64,000 nt of DNA, taken from Lingula anatina. Taxonomy: Eukaryota > Animalia > Brachiopoda. How positions within the stretch are numbered: the stretch's first letter is position 1; each line of letters starts with the position of its first letter. Shown here piece by piece: positions 1 to 15,400 of this stretch. Position numbers and translations under genes: made by a program. The notes beneath the pieces were generated by a model. It did not search any database and had not been told where the DNA came from. It saw only the letters and a list, made by a program, of their open reading frames with translations. Where the stretch lies: assembly GCA_051362555.1 (NCBI GenBank), contig CM120640.1:71030788-71094787 (forward strand). The letters run 5' to 3'.

Positions 1-460
1 CATGGTTCGAACTTTTTTCTAAGTGTCAACTCTATTTGAAAAACTCTATCCTATCCAATCACTGCATCCAGATCAATCTTTGAAATATATTCCGTCTATA
101 TCCGGTGTATATCCGCCATTATGAGACTCAGTGTGTTATCTTTAATTTGAATGTTTTTTAACCAACAGCTGCTAATGGCTTATAAGTGACGTAACATAAC
201 ATATATCATCCTATATCATGCTATGCCTAGCAAGCGCGTCATCTTGCCTTTGGTTTTTATCCGATTCTTTCGTTTAAGTACACACTGTTCTATATAGTAT
301 ATTACCGTTGATCTTATGCATCATGGCTACCTTTGGATCATAAAACGTCTTCAGAAAACCGTTTCAATCACTGCTCTTATAGATACTTTATCTTTGAACT
401 TTAACATAAGGGGCAAATAAAAGAAGACATCATGTAACAAGTAAATGTATGGTGACGTAC

Positions 461-3400
461 TAGGATGACTTCCTGGTCCGGGATAGGCGTGACGTCATCC
501 TCGGTCACTTCTCCCGTGTAAAAGCTGGCCGAGAGTTTTGGGGCGTTGTCATTGATGTCGTCTAGTATAATCTCCACCGACGCGTAAGACTGGAAAAAAT
601 TGACAACGGTGACCATATGCTTCGTACTGCCACAACACAAAAATAATTGCTTAAAACACTTGACAAGAAGTATTAATTGAAATGAATGTAAGAAAATTTG
701 CAGAGACGATACAGATGTCGTTTTAAACTGTAGTGAATCAGGGCCGTAGCCTCCGGGGGGGCAGGGGGGGGCAGCTGCCCCCCCTGGGATTTAGAATTTT
801 CCACACTGGTAGGGAGACACCCTCTCCCCCCTCGGGGGCTTCGCCCCCTCGTGTCCGCCTACTGCCCCCCCTGGCATTTTGCTCAGGCTACGGCCCTGTG
901 AATTTATTTTAAGTAAAGATCAAAGTTTCAAATCTGGCTGCACCTTACCTCTCTAGGTACGTCAGCCATATCTTTGGCCCCTACCACAATACCAAACATC
1001 TTGTTAATCTCTCTGTCTAACAACTCGCTCTGTTTCTTCACAGTTATCCTGCCGTTCTGAAGGCAAAAACCACACCCTTATTACGGTTGTATTCGTGAAG
1101 GCAAATAAAACTATGTTTGAATGTTGGCCATGTAGGTCTCATAAACTTAAGAGTAGACTTTTGGTCATAAAAGCAGATTGTATTTAAATTAAATGCAAAT
1201 TTAGATTACATAATGAGATTCACTGACATCAGTTTACCAAGCACCACAACCGTGAAGTACCCGGATGTCACTCACCTGGTCAATATCAAACACATCGGAG
1301 CCAAACCCGGGCACGAGGCGGTACTCAATATCTCCATTGGAGCCCTTATCAACGTCGAACGCTGCCACTTCTCCTACGAAGGTCCCTGGACTGGATTCCT
1401 CAGGGATGTGGAAGGTGTACTGGTCTTGACGGAACTTGGGAGGATTGTCGTTAATGTCCTTGATGATCACCGTCACCGTAGTTTCAGCCGTCTGGAAAAT
1501 GAACATGGAATTTAGCTTTGAGAGTTTATGAAACGCAAAATGTTGAATAATATATGTATGGTTATGCGAATTTTTTCTTACATCAACATCTTATGGCTAA
1601 TTTATGAGCAATGGTATATATTCTTCAATATATCGGAAATATTTTGATAAAAAAATACATGCAAATACAAAATATTTATTCTCAAACTTACATATTTGCC
1701 GTCAGTTACTCGGATTTGAAGCAAGTGTTGGTCTTTCTCCTCGCGATCTAGTTCCTTAGCGGAAGTAATCCAACCGCTTTTTTATAGAAAATGGATAAAA
1801 AAAAACATATCAGAACACACTTCAAAAGGTGTATGAAAATTCATAGACTGAATATCTTTTTCCATATATTAAGCTTGGGGGGACACTAAGAAAATGAGTA
1901 AATACTGTTTAAAAACTTTTGTTCATGCTGTAAGTTAACAGAGTGTTATCTAATATATTATACGTACGAGTTGGAGATTTCAAATATACCATCTTCATTG
2001 CCAGAGATGATGTCATAGGTCAAAAAGACGTCCTCGTCACCATCTCTATCGGTTGCCTGGAAAAATAAAACCAAGTTTGCACACACTCCAAATATTCACT
2101 GGAAGATTACTCTACACAGACTTTGTATTTATGGTATCATTTCAGTGAATTACAACTGGAGTGTTATGCCCTCATACCGTAGTTTGTGCTATAAGTGTCC
2201 CGATGAAGGATCCTTCTGGCACGGTCACTGTTTTAGGCGGACCAAATACTGGAGGATAGTCATTGGTCTCCTCAACTGTCACTGTCACTGGAACGCTGGC
2301 TGTTCTGTTAGAGATGAAAAGCGATTGTAAAATGCTATTTGGAATATGATTATCAACATGAATAAATGAAAAAGTGACAATTAACAGATATCCACTGAAA
2401 AGGCTTCGTCTTAACTCCCAAGTGTTTCATTTACTATCAATTTTGAGTGTTACTTTAATAAAGCAGGTCAAATAATAAGCATGTACAATGGTAAATAAGA
2501 CAATAAATTAGGTCGAAGTGAATTACAAGAATCCTTACAAGAAGTGAATGTTTACTACTTGCTGAAAATGACGTCACGTCATTACACTTCTAACAGGAAA
2601 TGACGTCATTACTTCACTAACCTTCTCACTGAGGCGTCGTGCGGCGAGTCCGTCACCACCACATTCATGGAGTAAGTTGGGAAGATCTTCTGTCGGCGCA
2701 GCTCCTTCAGACCCGTGGTCAGCCTGATGTAGCCGTTCTCGTCGATATTAAACCTGGTAAGATCGATATCTTCTGCCGGCCCCGGATCCCGCGTGAGGTC
2801 GCTAATGGCTAGCTTGGTCTCACTGAAGTGGTCCGTATCTGGGTCTGTGATGACGATGTTATCGCCTTCCTGGAAAGCCACAATCATTTATCATACCTCT
2901 ATCCCTTATATATATTTATTTTAATACACTGCAACTTGTCAGCCCCAGAGGAATACAAGATCCCCGCTTTAGTTTAAAGATTGCCTATTTCGTCTTTAAT
3001 CAACAAACTTCATCGAGCACCTTTCCAACCTGATTAGCCAATATTTAACATCCATCGTTTTGTAAACCAAGTCCTAAGATACAACCTGATTTTAATATTT
3101 GTCTGAGTCTCTGTCCTTCTCACCTGCTGTACTGCCGCCCCGACCTCATGCTTGTCTTTGATGGTGTAGGAATAGGAATTTCTGTCAAACTGTGGAGTGT
3201 TGTCATTGACGTCTAAAATCGCTATATTAACAGTGGCATCAGGATCACTGTCAAAACGCTCTGCAGATTCGGTCTCCTGAGCTTTTACCTATGGGGCAGG
3301 TGATAAAAATACCTACAGATTTTGTGTTTAAAGACTACCTTCAGCTGACATCAAAAGATCAGGTTCAAGCAGACGACATTCACACCTTTTACCGCCTGTA

Positions 3401-5294
3401 AGTACATCACATTATACGGGTCTTTTTCTATGTAACATAACGTCTAGAGATCAAATTAACAGTACTTAAATAAGCCAGTCAAAACTTGTTGGTCCCGTGT
3501 TTTCTGCATAAAACAATTACACACGCACCAAAAAAAAAAAAAAAATAAAATAAATAACTATAACCATGACAGACTGATATACTAATCTGAAGTTTTATAG
3601 TTAGCTTACCGTCAGTGTTATTGACGCCAGTTTTTCTCTGTCTATGAACTCGGGTTTTAAAATTGTGATTTCTCCGGAGTTGGGATCAATTCCAAAAGCA
3701 CCGTCTGGGTTGTTCATCAGCTGGTATTCAAACACTGCATTTGTTCCCTGAAAAGACGCGGTGAATTAGAAAAAAATATTATCGTAACTAAAAGAACAAA
3801 TTCAGTTTGCTTTAAATAACAGCTACAGTATCAAGCACCTTTTAGCGCAAATTTTGTCTTAATCTAAAAAGATCCGTACATAGACTTTGTAAACAAAGGG
3901 CGTTAATCAATCCATCTGACAAGAATACACAGATCTGACTGGGATACTTTCATCCGGGGTTTTTTGGCCTCTGTGCTTTTGTCGGTTTCTGATACTACAC
4001 AACAAAATTAGAGCCACTTTATAACCCAGCCTGGTCTTATCCTTACAAAATCGTTGTCCTCTGCCTCCACTTGTACAACTATGTCTCCCGCCTTGGCGAC
4101 GGGACTTTCTTCTATCTGAACATCATAGATGATCTGTTTGAAGGACGGGACGTTCTGGTTGATGTCCAAAACCACCACGTGCAAGGTTGCCGTGTCTGTC
4201 ATGTCTTCTTCTTCGCCTTGGTAAGCCTAGATAGATTAAGACATTTTAACTTCCTAAACTGGGATACAATAGAGGTCATTTAATGAGTACTTATTGCAAA
4301 GAACGTGTAATCAAAACAGTCGTTTAAGGAGAGTTGTTTTACCAAGGGTTTCAGTCATTGTGGCACCGGCAATATCGTTCTGATATTTCATGTCGCCTCT
4401 AAAGGATCTCCAAAAAAGTGCTCGATTTCCACTTTAAATTTATTAGATAAAAGATAAAATGCTAGATGGATTATTTACACGACTTATGCTTTTAAAGAGC
4501 TAACGGCAAATGATCTTTCAAATACCTGTATGGTAAAAGTAAAGTTGACAAATCTTGGTTGCCCATTCTCGTCGATAGATCTTGGGATTGCTTGCTTCTG
4601 GCACAATCTACCGTCATCTTCATTCAGACGGAAAAACGCCTCCCAATAGTTGGCGGTCCCAGGTCTGCCTACAAAAACAATTGACGGGCCGTTCATTAAA
4701 TTACCACAGCAAATAATCTGCTTCTAACTTAAGTAGTACAGTTACCAAATTGTTGCCAAGAATGGCTGTAATAATGCCTATTATGTCCCGTACACGCCCG
4801 TATAATGTCAACACCGACAGTGTGACAACACTGTAAATTGTTACCTTGCTGTGAAACTAGGTATGCTACAAAAACTTACATTGATTTCTCAATTAGTTTG
4901 TGTGATTTTATTACGGTTTGTATGTTTTCTTTGTTATTTTGGTACTTTAAGTGACTTCTCCATTTGGAACTCCCGTCGTCTAACGCGAGACTTGAATCAT
5001 CGAATGGTAATTGAGTAATACAGCGCGTGATTGGATGAGGGATTCTGAGTGGTGACTTTGTCTTACCATCTATTATTCTGTATTTTATGGGCCTGGATTT
5101 GGCTTCATCTTGGTCGACGGCATAAATACGAGGTGTGGTTTCAAAGCAGTCTTCACGATCCGACTAAAACAAAACACCAAGTCATTTCAGCATCATATTG
5201 GCATAGGCCTACAACATGCAATATAATTATACATAACGTTGACACCCTTAAAAGGAATAATGATAACAATATCAATAACAACAACAACAACAAC

Positions 5295-5342
<48 letters not shown>

Positions 5343-6300
5343 TCCTTGTCACTCTCTTTATGATTGAGATATCATCATTGGTTTATTTATTCACTGGTTA
5401 AATGTCAAAGCAGAAATATAAGATTTAACAGTTAATATACATTTGCATGTCGCCCAATTCAGAATTTGTTAAATTTTGCATGCGACATATCATATATTAC
5501 ATAAAAGATTAGGAAGCGGACATACAGTTTTGAAATGCAAATGACATAATTAAGACGCTAAACAGACATGTACAAAATGAACTAAACATACACAAAGGCA
5601 GTTGTATACATACATTGGTCAACTATAAAACGGCTATGTTAACATTTATGTATTGCAAACAAAATACTCTTTTTTTCATTTCAAATTCACGCAGACAATT
5701 TAGCCTGAAAACAATATAATAATGCAGATGTTACTCAGCAAAATCACCACAGCAGGAATGTCGTTATATAGAGCACATGGTTTCGTAGTACAGTCGTATT
5801 ATTCTGTCATGCACCTAGCAACAACAGTAGCAGCAGCAGTAAATACAGTATATATACAGAGCTGATCTGGTTTGTTACCTGTGTCCACTTACCACAATGG
5901 TTTTATTGTCTATTTCACTGGTCCACTACACGCAAGAAAAGTATGGAATAACAACCGTGATACTAAACAGTGTGAAGAATATGTTCCCAGACGCTGAGAT
6001 ATGATTCATCAACTTGGGTGTACGATTTTGCAGAATTGGTGAATTGAAGAGCAGTGTGGTTAAAATCACTGAATTAACACTCTAGAGGTGAGGAGCGGGC
6101 TTTCACCGCCGAGATCTGTTTCCTCTTTAATCGTGACAGGCGAACATTTGCTATAATCAATTCAATTTATAAGTACATAGGCATGAGTCATGACGATTTG
6201 ACTTCAAGGTTAATCTGATCATCGAATCTAGGTCCCATTATTGGCTTTCTACTACAACGGTATAGATACTATTCTTTTCCTGTGAATGTAACGTTTTCTC

Positions 6301-6331
<31 letters not shown>

Positions 6332-9300
6332 GTGTGTGCGTGCACGCGCGTGTGTGTGTGTGTGTGCGTATCTCGCGCGTCCGCGTTCTTACAAATAAAC
6401 CTCGTTAAGTATTTTTTTTATCATAATATAAAGCTCACCTGAATTGGTTTCTCTCCGATGACTTCAGCATAATAATCCGTTTCCAAAAATTTTGGCCCCA
6501 GATCGTCAACGTCCTTCACCCTGATGGTAAGAGTAGAGTCGTTGAACTGGATCGGAAACCCTTCATCCTGCAAACAGACAGTTGGCAAACGATTTAAACA
6601 GATCCACGTGTAATTTTTTAAAACTAACCGCAGACCTCGTTGTCGACCTGTATTTTCAGCAGCAATCTAATCCTATCGTAAAAAATGGGTTTTTTTTAAC
6701 TAAGGCGCCTTGAGTCCCATTCACTTTATATTAACTCAAACCATTTTGTTAAATTCCAAGAATCAGTCAGATTTCTTTGGTTGCAACCCCTGTGCGTAAT
6801 CCGCCTTCTTTCCGCCATCTCTACTCGTGCGGATACATCCCATTACCGCCGAGATCAGCTGATCGCATCCCACGTGATCAGATACTAGATATGTTCCTTA
6901 TTTATTTCCTTTCATTTGAATTAGGAACCAGGGCAGTAAACAAGAACTTACCTCCACAAAAACATTCAACTTATACTCTCGTGCCCCGGCGTCATAATCC
7001 AGTTCTTCTTCTAGATCTATCCTTCCGTCATCAGAAATTGTGAACACGGTCCGGTTTTCATATTCTCCATCTGCTTCTATTCCCTACAGACCAAGGAATA
7101 TTTCTGATTTAAACATTTCTGTGTTGAAGTACTGAATGACTTTTAATAAAATAATTTCATGGATCTCGGACCAGTTACATATTGACAGAGAAGTGTATAC
7201 TTCCCTCATATATCTTATCTGAATGATGTAATTAATAAAGAATGCATTGCTAATGTGATTTCCCCATCCCACTGCCCTCTCCCACCTTTCTTTGAGCGTG
7301 CGTCCGTCTGTATCTGGATGAGCGTACGTGTGTGCGTGCGTACAAACCTTAGCCAGAACGGTTTACTTACCACGACACTGAAGTGAAGAATGGTATTTTC
7401 CTGGTACACGTCAAATGGGTCGTCAGCGTTCACAATATAGATCTGCGTCCCCGGGGAAACATCCTGTCACAAAAAGAGAAACACAATATTGACAAAAAAA
7501 ACTTCCTGAATATATTGTGGAGCAAATCTAAGGCACTCCGTTTATTTGTGGCGACACTTGGGTAGTAAATGGATTTGAAAAAGCAGTTTTAATAACTCAA
7601 AAAACAATAAATAACACAATATATTTCAAATACGCTATCTTTTGTAGTTGACTTTCTTTTTGACCGCAAGAAATCACCTGGCGAATTTCAGGTAAATCGA
7701 AAAGATGCCTCTCCTCCTGACGACTAAATGAATACAATGTTAAGAAAGACATCGGCGTCGGCTTCGACCGTTCGACGCAGGTGATCGTTATAAATGTAGA
7801 TTAGGTTTAGGGGGAAAACACTTTGTACCCTGAGTAAGAAGGTTGCAGTTGAGTTGACCTGCAGGTTAACGGGGATACGTTGAGCGCAACGCTGGATATT
7901 CAATAAGTTGACGGAAGGTGTAAAAAGGACATATTTTTCGGTATTCATTGTACCTCGTCTATTTCGATGGTAGCAGGAAGGTTTCTGAAGACAGGGGGAT
8001 CATTCCCGTCCCCCACGGTGACCTCTATTGACACGTCCAGGGAAATGGGCAGCTGGAAAGGAACCATCAACAATGAGTTACATGTTGACATCACGGCATA
8101 AGGAACAGGTTTAGGTCCTGTGCAATTTCTTAAAGAAAAGCGTATTCTAACGTAATTTATGGCCATGTTTAAGTGTCACTTTCATCCACTTAAGCGACGG
8201 AAATGAAGTGTTAACAAAAACGCTAACATGGATGACTTAATTTGAATGTTACGTAGAGCGCTCTGGCATTTTGAAAAAGACATACGAAAAAATTGAAGCA
8301 GACGTGATATAGTTTCGGCAATGAAGAAAAAAGCGCCTACTCACCGCTAAGATTTCTACATAATCCTCACATTGGCCGTAGAGCGTTAATTTTTCTCCCT
8401 GAAAATAGAAATATTTTTTTATTGAGAATAATGTGTAACGAAGGCAATTAAACTATCGCTTCATCATAGTAACAAGATACAGAACACTGCAGATTAAAGA
8501 ACAAGAATCACTGTAATCCGATAATCCTTTCGACTAAGGGGTTATCTAAAAGACGGATCAAGAACAAACTCGTTACAAGTGTGACAAATTTGAGAAAAAA
8601 GACCTATATCATGTTAATGGGGTAGATTTTCGCATTTTAAACAAGTGTTTTTGATACCGAGTAACTCGGTTCCTGTTTCACAAAACGAATGAAGTCGAAC
8701 ATCGGTCTTAGCAAAGAAATCTTGCCGAATAATTTAATTTGAAGGCCGTTTACCTGTTTCGTTTCTTTCTGTCTTCTTACTAACACCTTTAGCAGTTTTT
8801 TGTTTAATTTTTTTATTCTGAAGGCTGACAATAACCCATACAGGTATGTCAACAGCATTCGCTATGGGACAATGGTTTCTAAATAGATCTTTACTAATGT
8901 TGCAAAGTCGACTAAGCTGCCCATCGAAGTTAAAACTTTTCCTGAAACTGGTCCCGACACATAATTATAATGAATTTTCTCCTTACCCTGAATGGTCGTT
9001 GGTTAACCTGAGCCCTCAAGGTGAGAGTTGTTGGATCAAACACTATCTTGTCTATATCTCCGCGGGAAAATTGGACCCTAGTCCTGTTGGACGGCGAAGG
9101 CTCAAACTGGAACAACACACCACCTAGAAAAAAGAGAGAAAACTGGCAGAAACCGGCTTGTTATCGTCTAAAGTAAAATCACCGAGGACAGCAAAAGGCT
9201 GTCTGCGGAATCACCAGCGTGGAGGATTTCACATGTTTGCCTGTAACTGTCTCGCCTCATCAGTGTCTCTGCTCTGGTAGGAGTTGAGGAGGTAATTCCA

Positions 9301-12300
9301 GAGCTGAAGGAGCTGAGATTGGCGCCCGTATACCATCACTATAAAGGCATCACGCCTCTTGTTATTGCACGCCGTGTTCAATAATTGTCAAAAGAAAAAA
9401 TAGGGTTAGATATGTTTCCAGCCAAATTGTCCCCCAGAGATTTACTGAATGGAACTGATTCTTTTACAACTTTTTGTTTTTACACATTTTGCTTTACTCA
9501 CTATAGATACCAACAGTTCTTCCACCAAACATAGGCCTACCTGTCGCAATGTACTTATTGTGCTAATTCAGTAGCTTTCTTTAAAATTGCATCTTATCCC
9601 ATTAATATTTCCTTATTCGCGTTTTTTATTTGTTTGTTTGATTGTTGCTTTACTTTGTTCTAATGACAAACAACTTATGCATTTTGTTCTCAGTAGTAGA
9701 GTTACCATTTAGGCCTCTCTCGTGTTAGAGAAGTTAATTTCACTTTTCAGGACAATCTTTCCCAACAACTCGGTCAGCTTGCATAGAAGCTGTTCCCGTA
9801 TTCTAGCCAGCAGGACAGATGATATACTTAGACAGATAAACGTCGGTGCTATTACCAACGCCACGGAGACCTAATACATCTGCCTTTGAACAAGGTGCTA
9901 AGACGCCTGAAAACGTGAAAGAACAGAATACCATTCTGGCATTAATTTTTCAATTTTGGAACCTTTCAACTGACCTTTTTAAGCAATATTGGAAGCAACA
10001 GAAAGCATGCTTTTCATACTGTTCGGATAACGAGTACCGGTGTTAGGTTAAAACGTGCACGTCCTGCTGCCTTCTTGCGAACACGTGCAATTCCAGAGGT
10101 TGGCTGTATATAAAACAAAACTTCTTATAATGTGGTATCATTGATCATTAACAGCAATATGCGTCACAGTGTAGTGGTCAAAGATTAACTTGATTAATTC
10201 GGAAAAAACTCAGCAAACCGAATCAAACATTGACTCTAACCGCAAAAGCCAAACTGAATTTAAAGATTTTTGTTTGTAATCTGATATCTAACCTAGTTTT
10301 TGGTAAATTTTGTTAGAAAGAGAAACCGTTTCCACAGTGACGGATATAAATAAAATTCTAGATGGTTGTTGAGCCCAGATTCAAAACTGAAGCACCTGAT
10401 TTGATCGGCTCAATTACTGAATCTAACAAACGATTAGATTAGACTGAATAAAAAAAGCTCCTTCTGCTTGGAATCTGAGGGTAGAACTAGGTACGAATTC
10501 TTGCCTCAAAATTTACTAGTACAGTCTGCTTAAAACTAGGCTGATAATAACCAATAGAATTAACGCTACAAGTTTAAACATCTTATCCAATTTTTGCTGT
10601 TAAGTTCAAATTCGTTATTAAAGCTGCCAGGCGTGGCGGCTATGAGTCATCAAACTAGTAACCAAATTGTTCCATAGACTTTACTTCTAACCAGAGGAAC
10701 TGTGAAACAGAAACATTTCTCCCTCTGTGGCGCAATCGGTACCTTTGAAGCGGAGTTAAGATTGGCTTTAGCACGCTGACATTTTATTAGGTAATGTTGT
10801 GTGTATTGGCGTGAAAGGTTTACGCAACTGATTTCCGCTACTATTGCTAAAACCCATCGTGGCATGAGGCAATGAAGTAGAATGGAGTACAGGGAAAGGC
10901 TGCCAGCAAATGGCCAGAACAATGGGCAGGTTTGAAGTCAAGAAGGTTCCAAACGTTATCTTGTGGCAATAAAAGCCGCTCTTCAATGGCATCCCTTTAG
11001 TCTCTTTTCTGCTGTGCCCTAGACATTCCATTGACTTTATATATATCGACGTATCTGTCCGATCTGCCCAGATAGGTCGCCGTAAATCTTGTAACGCTGG
11101 CGAAGTAACGATGTGAGTTATTTGCCTTCCAGTGCCGGTGAATGGGCTCTTGGAGGCTTAATTTGAAACATGGGCATCGCGTTAGGAGATGTTTGTGTTG
11201 GCATCTCGTCCTCAAACCGCAGACAACAGACCGATACAGCAGCACACCGAGGGCACAGCGCTGTCCGGCCGGAGGAGATCATGGAGATGAAGTCTATCCA
11301 TGAGATGAGCGGATCCCTCGGGTAAAACGTGGCATTATGTTCACCAAGACCTTCCACAGCAAGCCCCCTCAGGTTGAACACCTTTGCACCCTAAACAGTT
11401 CTCAGTATTGATTCCACACTATTCCGTTTTTTCTAATCTGTGGGTTTGGGTTTTCTGAACATACGTACTTCCCATATGATAAAATAAGGTCTTTCCGAAT
11501 CCAGCATGACCCTTCCCGCAATATGCCATAAACTGGGTAGGTAGGTACACGTATACGTTGTACAGTGGGGGTACTGCGTCAATCTGTCTTTACATAAACA
11601 GAAAGAGACATACATTTGTAGCCCACCTTCATACCACTATCCCAAATACACACATATCCACATATCTATTTTATTAAAGACCCCTTTCCCATACCTACAT
11701 CGATCTAAAAGGATCGATCCATCTCCGAGGGGTTTCTCACTAAATTGCTTTCAGCTTAAGCGGCTTAGATGTCTGGCACTCCTACTGAAGCTGCTAAACG
11801 GAAGTTAATTACCCCTAACGGCTTCAGTTGGTGTGCCAGACACCAGCGAGAAACCCATCGGAGATGGATCGATCCTGTAGTATGGAGTGGGGTCTAAAAC
11901 GAATACGTCCATAATCTATACTCACGCAATCCATACCATTTCTACATACTGGATACAGATGCAAAATTTGCTTAATATAGGGGGCTCCTGTTTTCTCGTT
12001 ATTGCTTCTTTGGGCCACTTAAGCTTTAAGCAATTTATCTTTCTGGACCTCGTTATTCTTCTAAAAGCTATGACAACGTCAGTTACTCCATGCACTGCGG
12101 ATTTACCATCATCAGCCCAAGGTGGAGGCTACAGTACTAAAGGTATATATATAGTGGGCGAATCTTTGGTCGGAAATTCCCCGTGTAAATTCAATAGTAT
12201 TTTAGAAGTAGCGGGAAAATCACTGACGCCAGATACTACCATGAAACGAATTTGGATCTTGCTTTATATTCAATTTCAATATCACGTAATCCATTCCCTT

Positions 12301-12326
12301 AAATAGCACACGTTTTTTGTCATAGA

Positions 12327-12408
<82 letters not shown>

Positions 12409-15400
12409 TTATTTATTTATTTATTTATTTATGTATTTATTTTTTATCAGTGATGTCCCGACATATCATCTCTATAATATTTCAAAGATTGAATTTTTGA
12501 AGGTTCTCAAAATTGAGGAATTGAAGTCAACTGATGGAAACTGGAGTTGACAGGTTGTTCAACTTTGACACAAAAAATTAGCCCTCTTTTCCTTAAAGAA
12601 ACAAGATCTACTGTTGGGTTCGGTAATAAAAATGTATTAAGACTAAGCACATGTGATTGTTTCCTTCCCCCTCACGATATCCACGCTTTATTGCGGCATA
12701 AATCTTGTAAATGGTAATCTACTGGGACAACTTACAAATATAACCAATGTAGCGGAAAAGGTAATCGTTACATCTCTCATTGAAACTCCCAAAACATTTA
12801 TTTTTCATTTTGTGCAGCCGGGTAGTCTCACAGCGGGCATGTTTTATCGCAACATCCCAGGGTTCAGATAGAGTCCGCAGTTTGGTGACCGCCTACTTCA
12901 AGTTTGTCCTGCGGCAACCAGAAGTGTTAAACCAATATTTATGTTACACGTTTTAAATGTGCTAATCAGAGTCAATCGCTGTATGTGCTGCACCGGTAGT
13001 TGTGTAATAGCGTCCTCAGTACACTTCATCAATTGTTGGGTTCTGTTCTGCCGTTGCTTCTCAAATGTCTGTTCACTCTCAGAAAAAAGGGCGTGGCTTG
13101 TTGTTATAACCAGAATGTTGTTATTTCTAAAAACTTTTAGCATTACTTTCTAAACTTGCTTACAACCTTTTCCGCACAAAGGCATCAGAGTTAATGATGA
13201 GAATTGCTCAGAGTTAGGATCTTCACGATTTATAAATAAATAAAAAAAATAATAAAAAAAATATCAAGTCCGGGACATTGACACATTGTCCGGCTAACTT
13301 TGGATTGTATAATATAAGAAAATGAAAAGAACAGCAAAGTTCTTTCTTTGAAGGGAGGTATTTTTCTCAAGCAATAAACAAGGCTAATCCCTAGCCCTCG
13401 TGTAACGTGTACATACTTTCAATGTTACATTTCTGTTCAAACAAAGTGGTTGCCTCTTCGTCGATCTTTCACTTGTATCTAGTTGCAATATTGCCATTTG
13501 AACGAGTAGTTTAATAAAACGCCCCGCTCGCTGTAGAAATGTTCGTATTTTGCTGAATCCAAATCCAAACCGCAGGATTGCACAGAATAAATTAAGGGAG
13601 CCAATAAATGACAGAAGGTCTGAGCCATTACCCTGGGGGGGCCGGGACTTTCAGCAAAGGAAGTCAGTCTAGCTGCGGTCATGTTATTTTACGTAATACA
13701 ACATTTTGCATGACGATTATTCAGATAAAAATAAAGGCTACTACCGAACATGACCGATCATGACCGAACACGACCGATTTTGACCCACTGTTGACGCCTA
13801 ACGCACACGTTACAGTGAGGCTTATAATCATGAACACAGTATAGCCTCAGAGGTTTGAATGTACGTGCTTAATTCCTTACACATCGTTGCAGCCTCTATA
13901 TGTATATGGTTTGCAGTAAGACGTGCAATGATTTTGCGCATTACTATAATTTGCAGAGCGACTGGCAGTTGATTATTGCCCCCCGACGTCTACTGTTGTT
14001 TACGCGAATATAATACAAAAGTCTTCATAAGTGCCTACACAATCATTTAACATACCAAGAAAATGATAGCATTATGGGGGGATGCTCTTTTTTAAACTTA
14101 TAAATCATTTTGAAAATTTTGCAAAGAGGAAGTTCACGCGTTATGTTGTGAATGTGTCGCATGCGGAAAAACTCGCTATTTCAACAAATGTGCAATCACA
14201 AGAAAATCCCTGCCTTCGAAATAAAAATTACTGTATATAAGGCTCAATTTCTTAAGTGGTCCTACTAGAACACGAGGATAATTGTAAAGTTTACATGAGG
14301 GCTTAAATCTAATAATAGTAACTTGACTTTACATTAAAATTACCTAACCGGACAAAACACGGTACTTTGGCAAAGTATTACCAAGGCAAGGGCAATTTAT
14401 TTCTTAATCTAAATCACTTGAACACCGGGTGACCTGGGACTCATTTCAGTTAGATACCCACAGGAAGAAAAGCAATAACCTAACCCAAGGTCAATATCTT
14501 CGTCTGATACCTCACGTTATAATAGAGCAGACTGTAACTAAACAGCGGCATTTCTGAAGAGAACAACCTCCTTAAAGATACCAATCACTGCTCCTATTTC
14601 TGATCGTGACTGCTCAAATGAAACACTCTTGTTGACTCTTTTGAATCAAGAGCATCTCCTTTCGCACATCGAGTTATTCTTCTATAAGGTACCATGGCCC
14701 CAGGGTCATACTGTGTTTACCCACGGCGTAATTAACTAGTTGACTTGTCGCGTTCTTTATAGCACCTGTGCGGCGTGAACAGAGACGCCTTGTGCTGCCC
14801 TAGCCCTCCTAGACTTTACAATAAGTATCGTTTTCCCTTTCGCCTACAGTGACAGCTTTGTTTGAAAATAAAGCACCACATCTCCACTTATGTTCCATCG
14901 CTGGAAAATAAAAGACGCTACCAGTTTGGCTTATTCTCCAAGACTAGTTACCGTTGATAAAGATAAGATGTGGAGACAACAACGACTTAATTTACCAGAC
15001 TTCCTAAAGTCAACCTTCCTAGACAAGAGAACTCAGTTGATAACTGTTTGCATCTCGTAATAACTCACGGCATTGATGGACATCGTGGATTTTCCATTGG
15101 CGTGAACAAACATTTCATGTTTAATTTCAATTTATATTATAACTGTACAGATTAAATTGAACCTATCAAATACTGTCAACTTTTGTCATACATTATTGGA
15201 TTACGGTTATAACATTCTAAGATTAAATAGGTATTACCTCATGTAACTGAAGTTGTGTAGCAAATGGATTTGTCAAGACGATAAATAACAAAAAGGAACA
15301 TAATTAGATAATTGATATACGGTGCCTTTTACCATGTTACCCAAAGGTATTGTACAATTTCCGAAGTCAGTTTCTTTCCATTTGATATTTAATTTACCTT

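Noticed and set aside
1213-1515. 100-aa + strand ORF
   Set aside because: It is the antisense shadow of the cadherin exon at 1491-1276.
10997-11381. Overlapping short ORFs in cadherin intron 2
   Set aside because: They have no cadherin motifs or recognisable family, and the flanking exons (ending 20862 and starting 9123) already join in phase.
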